Source: Dehalococcoidia bacterium
Lineage (GTDB): Bacteria > Chloroflexota > Dehalococcoidia > UBA2979
Assembly: GCA_963667465.2 (NCBI GenBank)
Contig: CAXXDN010000001.1
Coordinates: forward strand, 480,001-544,000
DNA: 64,000 bases
Direction of reading: 5' to 3'
Program-made: the position numbers and the translations under genes
The notes under the pieces: generated by a model
Database searches by the model: none
What the model saw: the letters and a program-made list of their open reading frames with translations, nothing else
Told to the model about the DNA's origin: nothing
Shown here: positions 20,228-31,568 of the stretch, piece by piece
How the letters are laid out: each line of letters opens with the position of its first letter
Numbering within the stretch: the first letter of the stretch is position 1

Positions 20228-21067
20228 ATGCCACTACGCAACTTCAAGCCGACCTCTCCGGGCCGCCGCAATTCGATGGGCTACACCTTCGGCGAGATCA
20301 CGAAGAAGAAGCCGGAGAAGAAGCTGCTCGCGACCAAGAAGCAGAAGGCGGGCCGCAACGCGCAGGGCCGCGTCACCGTCCGCCACCGCGGCGGCGGCCA
20401 CAAGCGCCGCGTTCGCATCATCGACTTCAAGCGCGACAAGGCCGGCGTGCCCGGCCGTGTCGCGGCGATCGAGTACGACCCCGGTCGCAGCGCGCGAATC
20501 GCACTGATCTTCTACGCCGACGGCGACAAGCGGTACATCGTTGCCCCGGACGGGCTGGCGGTGGACGACACGATCGTCGCCGGCTCCGGGTCGCCGATCA
20601 GCCCCGGCAACACGCTCCCGCTGCATGAGATCCCGCCGGGCACGATGGTGCACAACGTGGAGCTGCAGCCCGGCCGGGGCGGCCAACTGGGCCGCTCGGC
20701 GGGGACCGGCATCCAGGTGATGGCGCGCGACAGCGGCTACGTGCTGCTGCGCCTGCCCTCGGGCGAGATGCGGCAGGTGCTGGAGCGCTGCCATGCGACA
20801 ATCGGGACCGTCGGCAACCCGGAGCACGCGCTGATCAAGCTCGGCAAGGCAGGGCGCAACCGCCACCGCGGCCGCCGCCCGCAGGTGCGTGGCTCGGTCA
20901 TGAATCCCGTTGATCACCCGCACGGTGGCGGCGAGGGCAAGTCGCCGATCGGGCTGCCCGGCCCGAAGACGCCGTGGGGCAAACCGGCGCTCGGCTACCG
21001 CACGCGCCGCAACAAGCGCACCGACCGCTTCATCGTGCGGCGGCGCACCCGAGGGCGGAGGCGCTAG
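20228..21067 (+). CDS. rplB: 50S ribosomal protein L2
   Basis: [27 protein letters not shown]. Confidence 0.98.
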   Translation: MPLRNFKPTSPGRRNSMGYTFGEITKKKPEKKLLATKKQKAGRNAQGRVTVRHRGGGHKRRVRIIDFKRDKAGVPGRVAAIEYDPGRSARIALIFYADGDKRYIVAPDGLAVDDTIVAGSGSPISPGNTLPLHEIPPGTMVHNVELQPGRGGQLGRSAGTGIQVMARDSGYVLLRLPSGEMRQVLERCHATIGTVGNPEHALIKLGKAGRNRHRGRRPQVRGSVMNPVDHPHGGGEGKSPIGLPGPKTPWGKPALGYRTRRNKRTDRFIVRRRTRGRRR

Positions 21068-21069
21068 CG

Positions 21070-21354
21070 ATGTCACGATCGACGAAGAAGGGGCCGTACA
21101 TCCACCCCAAGCTCCTGAAGCAGGTGGAGGCCGCCCAGCGTTCGCAGAGCAAGCAGGTGATCCGCACCTGGTCGCGCGCCTCGACGATCATGCCGGAGAT
21201 GGTCGGCCTGACCATCGCCGTGCACGACGGCCGCCGCCACGTGCCGGTCTTCTGCACGGAGAACATGGTGGGCCACAAGCTCGGCGAGTTCGCCTTCACC
21301 CGCACGTTCCGCGGCCACCGCGGCCGCAGCGAGCAGACCTCGAGGGCGCGGTGA
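21070..21354 (+). CDS. rpsS: 30S ribosomal protein S19
   Basis: [24 protein letters not shown]. Confidence 0.98.
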   Translation: MSRSTKKGPYIHPKLLKQVEAAQRSQSKQVIRTWSRASTIMPEMVGLTIAVHDGRRHVPVFCTENMVGHKLGEFAFTRTFRGHRGRSEQTSRAR

Positions 21355-21695
21355 TGGAAGTCCGGGCGATCCACCGCGATGCGAAAGTGTCGCCGCGCAA
21401 GGTGCGGCTGGTGCTGGAGTTGATCCGCGGCAAGTCCGCGACCGAGGCGCTGACGCTGCTGGAGTTCCTCCCGCAACCGTCCGCGCGGGTGGTCTGGAAG
21501 ACGGTGAAGTCCGCGATGGCCAACGCCGAGAACAACTTCAACCTCAACCCGGACGCGCTGGTGATCAAGCGTGCGGACGCCGGCGACGCGCGCACGCTGC
21601 GCCGCTACAAGGCACGCTCGCGCGGGCGCGTCGCCCCGCGCCTCAAGCGCTACAGCCATATCGAGATCGTCGTAGACGGTGACGAGGTGTTCTGA
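21354..21695 (+). CDS. rplV: 50S ribosomal protein L22
   Basis: SPRKVRLV, SAMANAENN, KRYSHI. Confidence 0.96.
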   Translation: MEVRAIHRDAKVSPRKVRLVLELIRGKSATEALTLLEFLPQPSARVVWKTVKSAMANAENNFNLNPDALVIKRADAGDARTLRRYKARSRGRVAPRLKRYSHIEIVVDGDEVF

Positions 21696-22363
21696 TGGGT
21701 CGCAAGGTTCACCCCTACGGCTTCCGCGTCGGCGTGACCAAGCACTGGCAGGCGCGCTGGTTCAGCGAGCGCGACTACTCCGTGCTGGTCCACGAGGACC
21801 TGCGGATGCGCCGCATCGTGCTCGACAGCCTGCCCGACGCCGGCATCTCCGAGATCACGATCGACCGCAACGCGAACCAGCTGACGCTGACCGTGCAGAC
21901 CGCCAAGCCGGGCATCGTGATCGGCCGTGGTGGCGCCAACGTGGAGCAACTGCGGAACGCCCTGGAGCGGGCGACCGATCGCCGCGTGCGGCTGAACATC
22001 GAGGAGATCCGCGTCCCGGAGATGGACGCCTTCCTCGTCGCCCGCTCGGTGGCGGACCAGCTGGAGCGCCGCGTGGCGTTCCGGCGCGCGATGAAGCAGT
22101 CCCTGCAGCGCACCATGTCGAGGGGCGCGCTGGGCTGCAAGATCAAGATCGGCGGGCGCCTCGGCGGCGCCGAGATGTCCCGCTCCGAGTACGAGATGCA
22201 GGGCCGCGTGCCGCTGCACACGTTGCGCGCGGACATCGACTACGGCCTGGCCGAGGCGCGGACGACGTTCGGCGTGATCGGCGTGAAGTGCTGGATCTAC
22301 AAGGGCGAGATCACGCCGGAGCGCTCGCCCTTCGTCCTCGCCGGCAGCGACGAGGCGGAGTAG
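21695..22363 (+). CDS. rpsC: 30S ribosomal protein S3
   Basis: [30 protein letters not shown]. Confidence 0.98.
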   Translation: MGRKVHPYGFRVGVTKHWQARWFSERDYSVLVHEDLRMRRIVLDSLPDAGISEITIDRNANQLTLTVQTAKPGIVIGRGGANVEQLRNALERATDRRVRLNIEEIRVPEMDAFLVARSVADQLERRVAFRRAMKQSLQRTMSRGALGCKIKIGGRLGGAEMSRSEYEMQGRVPLHTLRADIDYGLAEARTTFGVIGVKCWIYKGEITPERSPFVLAGSDEAE

Positions 22364-22367
22364 CGCG

Positions 22368-22781
22368 ATGTTGATGCCTCGCCGCGTCCGTTATCGCAAG
22401 CAGCATCGTGGCAAGCGCCGCGGCATGGCGCACACGGGCAACTTCGTGGCGTTCGGCGAGTGGGGCCTGCAGGCGCAGACTACGGGCTGGGTCGACGCCC
22501 GCCAGATCGAGGCGGCGCGACGTGCGATCACCGGGTCGCTGCGGCGCGGCGGCAAGGTCTGGATCCGCGTCTTCCCGGACAAGCCCGTCACCAAGAAGCC
22601 GGTCGAGACGCGCATGGGCAAGGGCAAGGGCGCGCCCGACCACTGGGTCGCCGTCGTCAAGCGCGGCCGCGTGATGTTCGAGGTCGCCGGCGTGCCCGAG
22701 GACGCGGTCCGCGAGGCCTTCCGGCGCGCCCACCACAAGCTGTCCGTCAAGACGAAGATGATCCCTCGCGAGGAAATGTGA
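22368..22781 (+). CDS. rplP: 50S ribosomal protein L16
   Basis: [23 protein letters not shown]. Confidence 0.98.
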   Translation: MLMPRRVRYRKQHRGKRRGMAHTGNFVAFGEWGLQAQTTGWVDARQIEAARRAITGSLRRGGKVWIRVFPDKPVTKKPVETRMGKGKGAPDHWVAVVKRGRVMFEVAGVPEDAVREAFRRAHHKLSVKTKMIPREEM

Positions 22782-23047
22782 TGAGCGCGCAGGAAACCAC
22801 CGATCTGCGGGCGCTGCCCTCGGACGAGCTCCAGCAGGAGCTCGACGAGAGCCTGCGCGCGCTCTTCAACCTGCGCTTCCAGGCCGCGACGCGACAGCTC
22901 GCCGACGTCTCGCAGGTGCGCCGGGCGAGGCGCCGCGTCGCACGCGTGCGGACGCTGCTGCGCGAGCGCGAGATCCTGGCCGCGATCGCCGGGAACGGCG
23001 AGGCGCCCGAGAGCGACGCCGATGCCGATGAAGGAGAGCGGGAGTAA
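22781..23047 (+). CDS. rpmC: 50S ribosomal protein L29
   Basis: LFNLRFQAAT..QVRRARRRVARVRT, in the expected operon position. Confidence 0.93.
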   Translation: MSAQETTDLRALPSDELQQELDESLRALFNLRFQAATRQLADVSQVRRARRRVARVRTLLREREILAAIAGNGEAPESDADADEGERE

Positions 23048-23050
23048 GCC

Positions 23051-23815
23051 GTGGTTCAGGCCGAACAGGCAGTTGAGCGCAAGGTGAACCGCAAGAGGCG
23101 GAGCGGCGTCGTGGTTGCGCACGGCAACGACAAGACTGTGGTTGTCGCTGTCGGCTCCGCGGCTCGGCACCGCCTCTACGGCAAGGTGATCCGGCGCACC
23201 AAGCGCTACCCCGTGCACGACCCGGAGAACGTCGCCACCACGGGCGACCTCGTGGTGATCGAGGAGTGCCGGCCGATCAGCAAGACGAAGCGCTGGCGGC
23301 TGGTGGAGGTGATCACCGAGCGCGAGGTCGCCGAGGTCGCGCCAGAGTCGATCGACGAGGCGCTGGTCGACGAGATGCAGCGCACCGCCTCTCGCGCCGC
23401 CGCCGAGGCCGAGACCGAGGAGCCCGCGGCGGAAGCCGAGACCGAAGCGCCTGCGGCGGAGGCCGAGACCGAGGAGCCCGCGGCGGAAGCCGAGACCGAA
23501 GCGCCTGCGGCGGAAGCCGAGACCGAAGCGCCCGCGGCGGAAGCCGAGACCGAGGAGCCCGCGGCGGAAGCCGAGACCGAAGCGCCTGCGGCGGAAGCCG
23601 AGACCGAAGAGCCTGCGGCGGAAGCCGAGACCGAAGCGCCTGCGGCGGAAGCCGAGACCGAAGCGCCTGCGGCGGAAGCCGAGACCGAGGAGCCCGCGGC
23701 GGAAGCCGAGACCGAAGAGCCCGCGGCGGAAGCCGAGACTGCAGCGCCCACCGCGGAAGCGGAGGCGGAGGCTGAAGCAGACGAAGAGAAGACCGAGGAG
23801 TCCGCAGCGCAATGA
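23051..23815 (+). CDS. rpsQ: 30S ribosomal protein S17 with long repetitive acidic tail
   Basis: [30 protein letters not shown]. Confidence 0.95.
   Translation: MVQAEQAVERKVNRKRRSGVVVAHGNDKTVVVAVGSAARHRLYGKVIRRTKRYPVHDPENVATTGDLVVIEECRPISKTKRWRLVEVITEREVAEVAPESIDEALVDEMQRTASRAAAEAETEEPAAEAETEAPAAEAETEEPAAEAETEAPAAEAETEAPAAEAETEEPAAEAETEAPAAEAETEEPAAEAETEAPAAEAETEAPAAEAETEEPAAEAETEEPAAEAETAAPTAEAEAEAEADEEKTEESAAQ
23399..23749 (+). repeat. 27-bp coding tandem repeat, 13 units (AAEAETE[E/A]P)
   Basis: Units such as GCGGCGGAAGCCGAGACCGAAGCGCCT repeated in frame within rpsQ. Confidence 0.95.
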
Positions 23816-24183
23816 TCCAGCAGGAAAGCAGGGTCAAGGTCGCCGACAACTCGGGCGCGCGCGAGCTGCTCTGCATCCGCGTGCTCGGCGGCAGCGGCCG
23901 GCGCTACGCGCGCGTCGGCGACGTGATCGTCGCCACCGTGAAGGAAGCGCAGCCGAACAGCCCGGTGCCCAAGGGCGAGGTGGTGATGGCCGTGATCGTG
24001 CGCACTGCCAAGCCGTTCCAGCGCCCCGACGGCTCCTCGATCCGCTTCGACGAGAACGCGGCCGTGGTGCTCGCAGACCGCGACGGCAACCCGCGCGGGA
24101 CGCGCATCTCCGGGCCGGTCGCCCGCGAGCTGCGCGACCGCCAGTTCATGCGCATCGTCTCGCTTGCCCCGGAGGTGCTGTGA
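23812..24183 (+). CDS. rplN: 50S ribosomal protein L14
   Basis: [23 protein letters not shown]. Confidence 0.98.
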   Translation: MIQQESRVKVADNSGARELLCIRVLGGSGRRYARVGDVIVATVKEAQPNSPVPKGEVVMAVIVRTAKPFQRPDGSSIRFDENAAVVLADRDGNPRGTRISGPVARELRDRQFMRIVSLAPEVL

Positions 24184-24500
24184 TGGCCTCCAGGATCCGC
24201 CGCCGCGACACGGTGCAGGTGCAAACCGGCAAGGACCGCGGCCGGCGCGGCGAGGTGCGCCAGGTGCTGCGCGGCGCGCAGCGCGTGATCGTCACCGGCG
24301 CGAACATGGTCAAGAAGCACCGCCGCTCGCGCAGCCCCACCGCCCCATCCGAGATTCTCGAGGTGGAGGCGCCCCTGCACATCTCCAACGTGGCGCTGGT
24401 CTGCGGCGGTTGCGACGAGCCGACGCGCGTCGGCTTCCGCGTGCTCGGCGACGGCCGCAAGGTCCGCTACTGCAAGTCCTGCGACGAGGCGATCGACTGA
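24183..24500 (+). CDS. rplX: 50S ribosomal protein L24
   Basis: [11 protein letters not shown] motif, EAPLHISNV. Confidence 0.96.
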   Translation: MASRIRRRDTVQVQTGKDRGRRGEVRQVLRGAQRVIVTGANMVKKHRRSRSPTAPSEILEVEAPLHISNVALVCGGCDEPTRVGFRVLGDGRKVRYCKSCDEAID

Positions 24501-25066
24501 TGAGTGAACAGAGCAACGGCTACACGCCCCGGCTGCTGACCCGCTACCAGCAGGAGGTGCATGACGCGCTGATGCGTGAGTTCAGCTACGGCAACCCGAT
24601 GCAGGCGCCGACGCTGGAGAAGATCAACGTCAACATCGGGCTTGGCGAAGCCCTCGACAACGCTCGCGCGATCGAGACGGCGAGCGCGGACCTGAAGGCG
24701 ATCACCGGCCAGCAGCCGGTGGTCACGAGGGCGAAGCGCGCGGTCTCCAACTTCCGGCTGCGCGCCGGCAACCCAATCGGGCTGAAGCTGACGCTGCGCG
24801 GCGTGCGGATGTGGGAGTTCTACGACCGCCTGGTGAACATCGCGCTGCCGCGCGTGCGCGACTTCCGGGGCGTCCCGGAGCACTCCTTCGATGGGCGCGG
24901 CAACTTCGCGCTCGGGATTCGCGAGCAGATGATCTTCCCGGAGATCAACTACGACAGTGTCGATCGCGTGCGCGGGCTGCAGGTCAACATCATCACCAGC
25001 GCGCGCAACGACGAAGAAGGCAAACGGCTGCTGGAACTACTCGGCATGCCGTTCAGGCGGACGTAG
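24500..25066 (+). CDS. rplE: 50S ribosomal protein L5
   Basis: [23 protein letters not shown]. Confidence 0.97.
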   Translation: MSEQSNGYTPRLLTRYQQEVHDALMREFSYGNPMQAPTLEKINVNIGLGEALDNARAIETASADLKAITGQQPVVTRAKRAVSNFRLRAGNPIGLKLTLRGVRMWEFYDRLVNIALPRVRDFRGVPEHSFDGRGNFALGIREQMIFPEINYDSVDRVRGLQVNIITSARNDEEGKRLLELLGMPFRRT

Positions 25067-25083
25067 GCAGCGAGGACGGGATC

Positions 25084-25287
25084 ATGGCGCGAAAATCGCT
25101 GATCGCAAAGGCTCAGCGCGAGCCGAAGTTCTCAGCACGGAAGGTCAACCGCTGCCCCGTGGTGTGGCGCTCGCGGCCGTGCGGCCGCGCCCGCGGCTAT
25201 ATGCGCCGCTTCGAGATGTGCCGCATCTGTTTCCGCACTCTCGCCAACCAGGGGAAACTCCCCGGCGTCCGGAAGTCATCGTGGTAG
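25084..25287 (+). CDS. rpsZ: 30S ribosomal protein S14 type Z
   Basis: [29 protein letters not shown]. Confidence 0.93.
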   Translation: MARKSLIAKAQREPKFSARKVNRCPVVWRSRPCGRARGYMRRFEMCRICFRTLANQGKLPGVRKSSW

Positions 25288-25327
25288 CCGGGACGCCGGA
25301 ACAGCAACAGGGAGGGAGCACGAGCGC

Positions 25328-25726
25328 ATGAGCATGTCCGATCCGCTCGCCGACATGTGCACCCGCATTCGCAACGGCGTCATGGCGAAGCACGAGAGCG
25401 TGCGCGTCCCCGCCTCCAAGGTGAAGCGGGCGATCGCCGAGGTGCTCCAGTCCGAGGGCTTCATCGCGGGCTACTCGGAGGAGCAGGACGGCAGCCGCAG
25501 CTACCTGCGGCTGCGCCTGAACTACGTGAGCGACCAGCAGGCCGCGATCGGCGGCATCCGCCGCGTTTCGCGGCCGGGGCTGCGCGTCTACGTGAACAAG
25601 CGCGAGATCCCGCGCGTCTACGGCGGACTCGGCGTGGCGATCATGAGCACCTCCAGCGGCGTGATGACCGGCCAGGAAGCCTGGCGTCGCAACGTCGGTG
25701 GCGAAGTGCTCTGCTACGTCTGGTAG
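25328..25726 (+). CDS. rpsH: 30S ribosomal protein S8
   Basis: DPLADMCTRIRN, SRPGLRVY, GGEVLCYVW. Confidence 0.98.
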   Translation: MSMSDPLADMCTRIRNGVMAKHESVRVPASKVKRAIAEVLQSEGFIAGYSEEQDGSRSYLRLRLNYVSDQQAAIGGIRRVSRPGLRVYVNKREIPRVYGGLGVAIMSTSSGVMTGQEAWRRNVGGEVLCYVW

Positions 25727-25750
25727 CGGCGAGAAACGAGGAGTAGCGAG

Positions 25751-26284
25751 ATGTCTCGCGTCGGCAAGGCGCCGGTCCCGATCCCCGATGGCGTCGAGGT
25801 GACCCTCGACGCCGGCCGCTGCCACGTGCGCGGCCCCCGGGGCGATCTGCAACAGCAGCTGCGCACGGAGCTGGACGTGCGGATCGAGGACGGCGTGCTG
25901 ACCGTGCACCGGCCCTCGGACACGCCCACGCACCGCGCGCTGCACGGGCTGACGCGCGCCCTGATCCACAACATGGTCGTCGGCGTCACCGAGGGCTTCC
26001 GCAAGACCCTCGAGATCCACGGCACCGGCTACCGCGCCGAGCTGCGCGGCGACTCGCTGGTGCTCAACGTCGGCTTCTCCCACCAGGTCCAGCTGGACCC
26101 GATCGAGGGCGCGACCTTCGAGGTGGAGACGCCGACCGTCGTGCACATCGACGGCATCGACAAGCAGATCGTCGGCCAACAGGCCGCCCTCGTGCGCCGC
26201 GTGCGGCCGCCCGAGCCCTACCAGGGCAAGGGCATCCGCTACCGCGGCGAGCAGGTGCGCCGCAAGGCCGGCAAGCGGACCTAG
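25751..26284 (+). CDS. rplF: 50S ribosomal protein L6
   Basis: [19 protein letters not shown]. Confidence 0.98.
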   Translation: MSRVGKAPVPIPDGVEVTLDAGRCHVRGPRGDLQQQLRTELDVRIEDGVLTVHRPSDTPTHRALHGLTRALIHNMVVGVTEGFRKTLEIHGTGYRAELRGDSLVLNVGFSHQVQLDPIEGATFEVETPTVVHIDGIDKQIVGQQAALVRRVRPPEPYQGKGIRYRGEQVRRKAGKRT

Positions 26285-26304
26285 GACGAGGCGGGGAAGC
26301 AGCG

Positions 26305-26673
26305 ATGGGCAGCGAGCAAGACACACGGCGAGCCGCGCGCCTGCGCCGCCACCGGCGCCTGCGCAAGCGCGTCCACGGCGTGCCGGAGCGGCCGCGACTC
26401 TGCGTCTACCGCTCCGCTCGCTACATCTACGCGCAACTGATCGACGACGAGACCGGGCGCACGCTGGTGCAGGCTTCCGACCTGGAGCCGTCGCTGCGCG
26501 AGGGCGGCGGCGAGACGAAGGTCACGCGCGCGCGCGCCGTCGGCGAACTGGTCGCGAAGCGCGCCCGCGAAGCCGGGCACGAGGCCGTGGTCTTCGACCG
26601 CGGCGGATTCGCCTACAAGGGACGGGTGCGCGCACTGGCCGAGGCCGCGCGCGAGGAAGGCCTGGTCTTCTGA
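26305..26673 (+). CDS. rplR: 50S ribosomal protein L18
   Basis: [22 protein letters not shown]. Confidence 0.97.
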   Translation: MGSEQDTRRAARLRRHRRLRKRVHGVPERPRLCVYRSARYIYAQLIDDETGRTLVQASDLEPSLREGGGETKVTRARAVGELVAKRAREAGHEAVVFDRGGFAYKGRVRALAEAAREEGLVF

Positions 26674-27245
26674 TGGTCCAGCAGCAGGGCGGACGCGGAG
26701 GGCGCGGCGGACGTGGTCAGCGCGGCGAGCGCGGCCGGCGTGACCGCCGCCGCGACGCCGATCCCGAGGGCCCCGACTACATCGAGAAGGTCGTGCACAT
26801 CAACCGCGTCGCGAAGGTCGTGAAGGGCGGGCGGCGCTTCTCCTTCACCGCCATCGTCGTCGTCGGCGACGGCGAGGGTCGCGTCGGCTTCGGCATGGGC
26901 CGCGCCAACGAAGTGCCCGAGGCGATCCGCAAGGGCGGGGTGATCGCGCGCCGCTCGATGACCTCGATCGCGCTCAGCCAGGGCACGATCGCCCACGAAA
27001 CGATTGCCCGCTTCAAGGCCTCGAAGGTCGTGATGCGGCCCGCCGCGCCCGGCACCGGCATCATCGCCGGCGGCGGCGTGCGCGCCGTCCTCGAGGCGGC
27101 CGGCGTGACCGATGTGCTGACGAAGTCGCTCGGCTCCAACAACCCCGTCAACCTCGTGCGCGCGACCGTCGACGGGCTGGTCGCGCTGCGGCACCCGGGC
27201 GCCGTCGTCTCGGCGCGGCGGGCGCTGGTGGAGGCGGGTTCGTGA
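26673..27245 (+). CDS. rpsE: 30S ribosomal protein S5
   Basis: [22 protein letters not shown]. Confidence 0.98.
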   Translation: MVQQQGGRGGRGGRGQRGERGRRDRRRDADPEGPDYIEKVVHINRVAKVVKGGRRFSFTAIVVVGDGEGRVGFGMGRANEVPEAIRKGGVIARRSMTSIALSQGTIAHETIARFKASKVVMRPAAPGTGIIAGGGVRAVLEAAGVTDVLTKSLGSNNPVNLVRATVDGLVALRHPGAVVSARRALVEAGS

Positions 27246-27424
27246 GCAAGCTGCGCATCACCTGGACGAAGTCGGCGATCGGCTACGCGGAGCGCCAGAA
27301 GGCGACGATCCGCGCGCTCGGGCTGAAGCGCATCCGCCACAGCGTCGAGCATGACGACACGCCGGCGATCCGCGGCATGGCGCACAAGGTCCGGCACCTC
27401 GTGATGGTCGAGGAGGTCGAGTAG
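27242..27424 (+). CDS. rpmD: 50S ribosomal protein L30
   Basis: KSAIG..TIRALGL..IRGM..V.HLV. Confidence 0.96.
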   Translation: MSKLRITWTKSAIGYAERQKATIRALGLKRIRHSVEHDDTPAIRGMAHKVRHLVMVEEVE

Positions 27425-27925
27425 GTGGAACAGCACCAGCTGCAGCCGCCGAAGGGCGCGAAGCGATCGCGCATCCGGCGCGGGCGCGGCAACGCGTCCG
27501 GCAAGGGCACGTACTCCGGGCGCGGGCTGAAGGGCCAGAAGTCACGCTCCGGCGGCAAGGTCCGCCCCGGCTTCGAGGGCGGCCAGATCCCGCTGATCCG
27601 CCGCCTCGCCCGCAAGCCCGGCTTCCGCAACCCCTCGCGCGTCGAGTTCCAGGCCGTGAACCTGCGCGACATCGCCGCCCGCTTCGAGGCAGGCGCCGAG
27701 GTCGACGCCGAGGCGCTCGCCGCCGCGCGACTGATCGACGGCCCCGACGAGCCCTTCAAGGTGCTCGCGGATGGCGAACTCGGCCACGCGCTAACCGTGC
27801 GCGCACCGCGCCTCTCGGCCGCCGCCAAGGAGGCGATCAGCGCCGCCGGCGGCAGCTTCGAGGAGCTGGCCCCGGCCGTGAAGCGCATCCGCAACCGCAT
27901 CCACCGCCGCAGGGAGAGCAGCTAG
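27425..27925 (+). CDS. rplO: 50S ribosomal protein L15
   Basis: GRGNASGKG, KGQKSRSG, FEGGQIPL. Confidence 0.97.
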   Translation: MEQHQLQPPKGAKRSRIRRGRGNASGKGTYSGRGLKGQKSRSGGKVRPGFEGGQIPLIRRLARKPGFRNPSRVEFQAVNLRDIAARFEAGAEVDAEALAAARLIDGPDEPFKVLADGELGHALTVRAPRLSAAAKEAISAAGGSFEELAPAVKRIRNRIHRRRESS

Positions 27926-29263
27926 GTGGCTCAGCAGGAAGCGCCGTCGGCCCGTCCGCGGCTGCTTCAGGCCGCCGTCGATGCCTTCCGGCAGCCCGAC
28001 GTCCGGCAGAAGATCCTCTTCACGCTCGCGATGCTGCTCGTCTTCCGCTTCGTTGCGCACGTTCCCGTGCCCGGCGTCAACTCCGACCGGCTGCAGGACG
28101 TGTTCGACAACAACGCGATCCTTGGCTTCCTCAACATCTTTTCGGGCGGCGCGCTGGAGAACCTCTCCGTAGCCGCGCTCGGCGTCTACCCCTACATCAC
28201 CGCCTCGATCGTGATGCAGCTCGCGGTGCCGCTGATGCCGCGCCTGCAGGCGCTCTCCCGCGAGGGCGAGTCCGGGCGCCAGAAGATCCAGGTCTACACG
28301 CACTGGCTGACGGTCCCGCTCGCCTTCTTCCAGGGCTACGCGCAGCTGCTGCTGATCCAGCAGTTCGGCGGCATCGAGGACATCGGCCTGACCGGCGGCA
28401 ACGCGCTCCCCACGGTCGCCACCATCGTCTCGATGGTGGCGGGCACGATGTTCCTCGTCTGGCTCGGCGAGCTGATCTCCGAGGAAGGCATCGGCAACGG
28501 GATCTCGCTGATCATCTTCGGCGGCATCGTGGCCGGGCTGCCGGGGATCATCGGCCGCAGCACGCTCTCGGGCACGGCCGCGCTGACGGGTGGCATCTTC
28601 CTGCTGGTCGTGATCACGATCGCCGTGATCGCGATGATCGTGCTGTTCCAGGAGGCGCAGCGCCGCATCCCCGTGCAGTACGCGCGCTCCACCATCCGCG
28701 GGGGGCGGATGTACCGTCAGCAGGGCCAGACGCACATCCCCTTACGCGTGAACAGCGCCGGGATGATCCCGCTGATCTTCGCCTTCTCGATCATGATCTT
28801 CCCGCCCGTGGCCGCGCAGTTCCTCGCGGAGACCTCGGACGTGGGCTGGATCACCAGCGTCGCGCGCTTCTTCGAGAACGCGCTGACGCCGGAGAACTTC
28901 CCGTACTGGGCCCTCGTCTTCGTGCTGGTGATGCTGTTTACGTTCTTCTACACGATGGTGCAGTTCCAGCAGCAGAACCTGGCCGAGAACCTGCAGCGCC
29001 AGGGTGGCTTCATCCCCGGCATCCGGCCGGGACGGCCGACGCAGGAGTACATCACGCGGGTCCTGGTGCGGATCACCTGGGGAGGCGCGATCTTCCTCGG
29101 CTTCATCTCCGTGCTGCCCTTCTTCGCCACCGATCTGACTGGCGTGCAGGCGTTGCAGATCAGCGCCGCCGGGCTGCTGATCGTCGTCGGCGTCGTGATC
29201 GATACGATGCGCCAGCTGGAGGCGCAGATGCTGATGCGCAACTACGAGGGGTTCATCGGATGA
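27926..29263 (+). CDS. secY: Preprotein translocase SecY
   Basis: LGVYPYITASI, GIGNGISLII, FIPGIRPG and multiple TM helices. Confidence 0.98.
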   Translation: MAQQEAPSARPRLLQAAVDAFRQPDVRQKILFTLAMLLVFRFVAHVPVPGVNSDRLQDVFDNNAILGFLNIFSGGALENLSVAALGVYPYITASIVMQLAVPLMPRLQALSREGESGRQKIQVYTHWLTVPLAFFQGYAQLLLIQQFGGIEDIGLTGGNALPTVATIVSMVAGTMFLVWLGELISEEGIGNGISLIIFGGIVAGLPGIIGRSTLSGTAALTGGIFLLVVITIAVIAMIVLFQEAQRRIPVQYARSTIRGGRMYRQQGQTHIPLRVNSAGMIPLIFAFSIMIFPPVAAQFLAETSDVGWITSVARFFENALTPENFPYWALVFVLVMLFTFFYTMVQFQQQNLAENLQRQGGFIPGIRPGRPTQEYITRVLVRITWGGAIFLGFISVLPFFATDLTGVQALQISAAGLLIVVGVVIDTMRQLEAQMLMRNYEGFIG

Positions 29264-29303
29264 GGCACGCGAACCCGGGGGAGACGAGGCAGGTGGCGCT
29301 GCG

Positions 29304-29876
29304 ATGAAGATGGTGCTGCTGGGACTGATCGGCGCCGGCAAGGGCACGCAGGCGAAGCTGGTTGCGGAGCGCCGCGGCCTGCTCCACATCTCGACCGGCG
29401 ACATGCTGCGCGAGGCCGTCGCCCAGGGCACGGTGCTTGGCACGCAGGCCAACGACTACATGTCGCGCGGTGAGCTGGTCCCGGACGAGCTGGTGATCGG
29501 CATGCTGCTGGAGCGAATCAGCCAGCCCGACGCTTCAGGTGGCTTCATCCTCGATGGCTTCCCGCGCACCGTCGCGCAGGCGGAGGCGCTGCAGACCGCC
29601 CTCGAGGCGGAGTCGCAGGGCATCGACATCGTGCCGTTCATCCGCGTGCCGGAGGAGCTGCTGCTGGAGCGCATCGCGAAGCGCGCGGAGATCGAAGGAC
29701 GCGTCGACGACGCACCGGAGGTCGCACAGCGCCGCCTGCGTGAGCAGGCGGAGGGCCTCGAGGGCGTCGCCGCCTTCTACGGCGCGCACGGCGCGCTCTG
29801 CGACGTCGACGGCGTCGGGAGTGTGGACGAGGTGTTCGAGCGGCTGGATGCGGAGTTGGAGCGGGTATCCGCGTGA
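29304..29876 (+). CDS. adk: Adenylate kinase (short, LID-less type)
   Basis: GAGKGTQA, HISTGDMLR, LDGFPRT, GRVDD. Confidence 0.95.
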   Translation: MKMVLLGLIGAGKGTQAKLVAERRGLLHISTGDMLREAVAQGTVLGTQANDYMSRGELVPDELVIGMLLERISQPDASGGFILDGFPRTVAQAEALQTALEAESQGIDIVPFIRVPEELLLERIAKRAEIEGRVDDAPEVAQRRLREQAEGLEGVAAFYGAHGALCDVDGVGSVDEVFERLDAELERVSA

Positions 29877-29932
29877 TGGAGCGCCAGACCCGGCAGGTAC
29901 CGGGCCCGGCGGAGAGGGCGTAACATAGATCG

Positions 29933-30754
29933 ATGTCCGTCGTCATCAAGTCGCCGGACGAGATCGCGATCATGCGCGAAGCCGGAAGGCTGAACGCGGA
30001 GGTGCGCAGGCTCCTCCTCGACGCGATCGCTCCGGGCGTAACGGGCCGTGAGCTGGACGAGCTGGCGAAGGCGGAGATCGCGCGACGAGGCGCGGCGCCC
30101 ACCTTCGTCGGCTACGCGCCGGGCGGGCGGCCTCCCTACCCCGGCGCGATCTGCTACTCGGTGAACGCGCAGCTGGTGCACGGCCTGCCGGGCGACCAGC
30201 CGCTGCAGGAGGGCGATATCGTCAGCATCGATCTCGGAGTGACCTGGCGCGGTTACGTCTCCGATGCGGCCTTCACGGCCGCCGTCGGCGAGGCGTCGCC
30301 GAAGGTGCGCCGTTTGCTGGAACGCACCGAGGCCGCGTTGCATGCGGGTATCGAGCAGGCGCTGGCGGCCAACCGCATCGGCGACATCTCGAGCGCGATC
30401 GGCGCTGTCGGCCACGAGGAGGGCTACGGCATCATTCGCGAGTACGGAGGGCACGGCGTCGGCAGGCAGATGCACGAGGAGCCGCACATCCCGAACTACG
30501 GCCGGCCCGGCGTGGGCCACCAGCTGAAGCCGGGCATGGTGCTGGCCCTGGAGCCGATGTTCAGCCTCGGGGCTGAGGACACGGAGGAAGAAGCGGACCG
30601 CTGGACCGTGCGCATGCGCGATGGCAGCCTGTGCGCCCATTTCGAGGAGACGATCGCGGTCACCGAGGGTGCACCGGAGATCCTCACCAGCATGGGCAGC
30701 CTGGACCACGAGCGCGAGGGCGCAGCCGCGGCCACGACAGGGGACGCCGCCTGA
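29933..30754 (+). CDS. map: Type I methionine aminopeptidase
   Basis: VHGLP, SIDLG, GHGVG..HEEP, LEPM, AHFEET. Confidence 0.96.
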   Translation: MSVVIKSPDEIAIMREAGRLNAEVRRLLLDAIAPGVTGRELDELAKAEIARRGAAPTFVGYAPGGRPPYPGAICYSVNAQLVHGLPGDQPLQEGDIVSIDLGVTWRGYVSDAAFTAAVGEASPKVRRLLERTEAALHAGIEQALAANRIGDISSAIGAVGHEEGYGIIREYGGHGVGRQMHEEPHIPNYGRPGVGHQLKPGMVLALEPMFSLGAEDTEEEADRWTVRMRDGSLCAHFEETIAVTEGAPEILTSMGSLDHEREGAAAATTGDAA

Positions 30755-31020
30755 TGGCGAAGGGACGCCAGAAGCAGCGGACGCAACGCCAGGCGCAGCA
30801 GCGCAAGAAGAAGGAGGTCATTGAGGTCGAGGGCGTCGTGAAGGACGCGCTCCCCAACGCCCAGTTCGATGTCGAGCTGGCGAACGGGCACCACGTGTTG
30901 GCGCACGTCTCCGGGCGGATGAAGATGCACTACATCCGCATCCTGCTCGGGGACCGCGTGCTCGTGGAGTTGAGCCCCTACGACCTCACCCGGGGACGGA
31001 TCACGTACCGCTTCCGCTAG
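30754..31020 (+). CDS. infA: Translation initiation factor IF-1
   Basis: [23 protein letters not shown]. Confidence 0.97.
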   Translation: MAKGRQKQRTQRQAQQRKKKEVIEVEGVVKDALPNAQFDVELANGHHVLAHVSGRMKMHYIRILLGDRVLVELSPYDLTRGRITYRFR

Positions 31021-31048
31021 CGCGGAGCGGCGTCCCAAGGAGCGAACG

Positions 31049-31162
31049 ATGAAGGTACGAGCGTCGATCAAGAAGCGCTGTGACCGCTGCCAGATCATCC
31101 GCAGGCACGGTCGCCTGCGGGTCATCTGCGTGAACCCGCGGCACCGGCAACGGCAGGGCTAG
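31049..31162 (+). CDS. rpmJ: 50S ribosomal protein L36 (not in ORF track)
   Basis: [37 protein letters not shown]. Confidence 0.97.
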   Translation: MKVRASIKKRCDRCQIIRRHGRLRVICVNPRHRQRQG

Positions 31163-31172
31163 GAGGCCGCGA

Positions 31173-31553
31173 ATGGCGCGCGTCGCAGGCGTCGAGATTC
31201 CCAACGACAAACGGTTCGAGTTCTCGCTGCCCTACGTCTACGGCATCGGGCGCTCCCGCACCCGCCAGATCGCCGAGCAGATCGGCGTGCCGCTGGACAT
31301 GATGGTGCGCGATCTGACGGAGGAGCAGCTCGTCCGCCTGCGCGCCGTCGTCGAGGGCGAGTACACGGTGGAGGGCGACCTCCGCCGCGAGGTGCGCCAG
31401 AACATCCAGCGACTGATCGAGATCAACTGCTACCGCGGCTATCGTCATCGCCGCGGCCTGCCCGTGCGCGGGCAGCGCACCAAGACCAACGCACGCACGC
31501 GCCGCGGCTCCCGGCGGACCGTCGCCGGCAAGCGCCGCGTCGCGCGGAAGTAA
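31173..31553 (+). CDS. rpsM: 30S ribosomal protein S13
   Basis: [27 protein letters not shown]. Confidence 0.98.
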   Translation: MARVAGVEIPNDKRFEFSLPYVYGIGRSRTRQIAEQIGVPLDMMVRDLTEEQLVRLRAVVEGEYTVEGDLRREVRQNIQRLIEINCYRGYRHRRGLPVRGQRTKTNARTRRGSRRTVAGKRRVARK

Positions 31554-31568
31554 GGGAGCGTCGCGAAT

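Noticed and set aside
23399-23749. CRISPR-like or non-coding repeat array
   Set aside because: There are no spacers; it is an in-frame 27-bp coding repeat within rpsQ.
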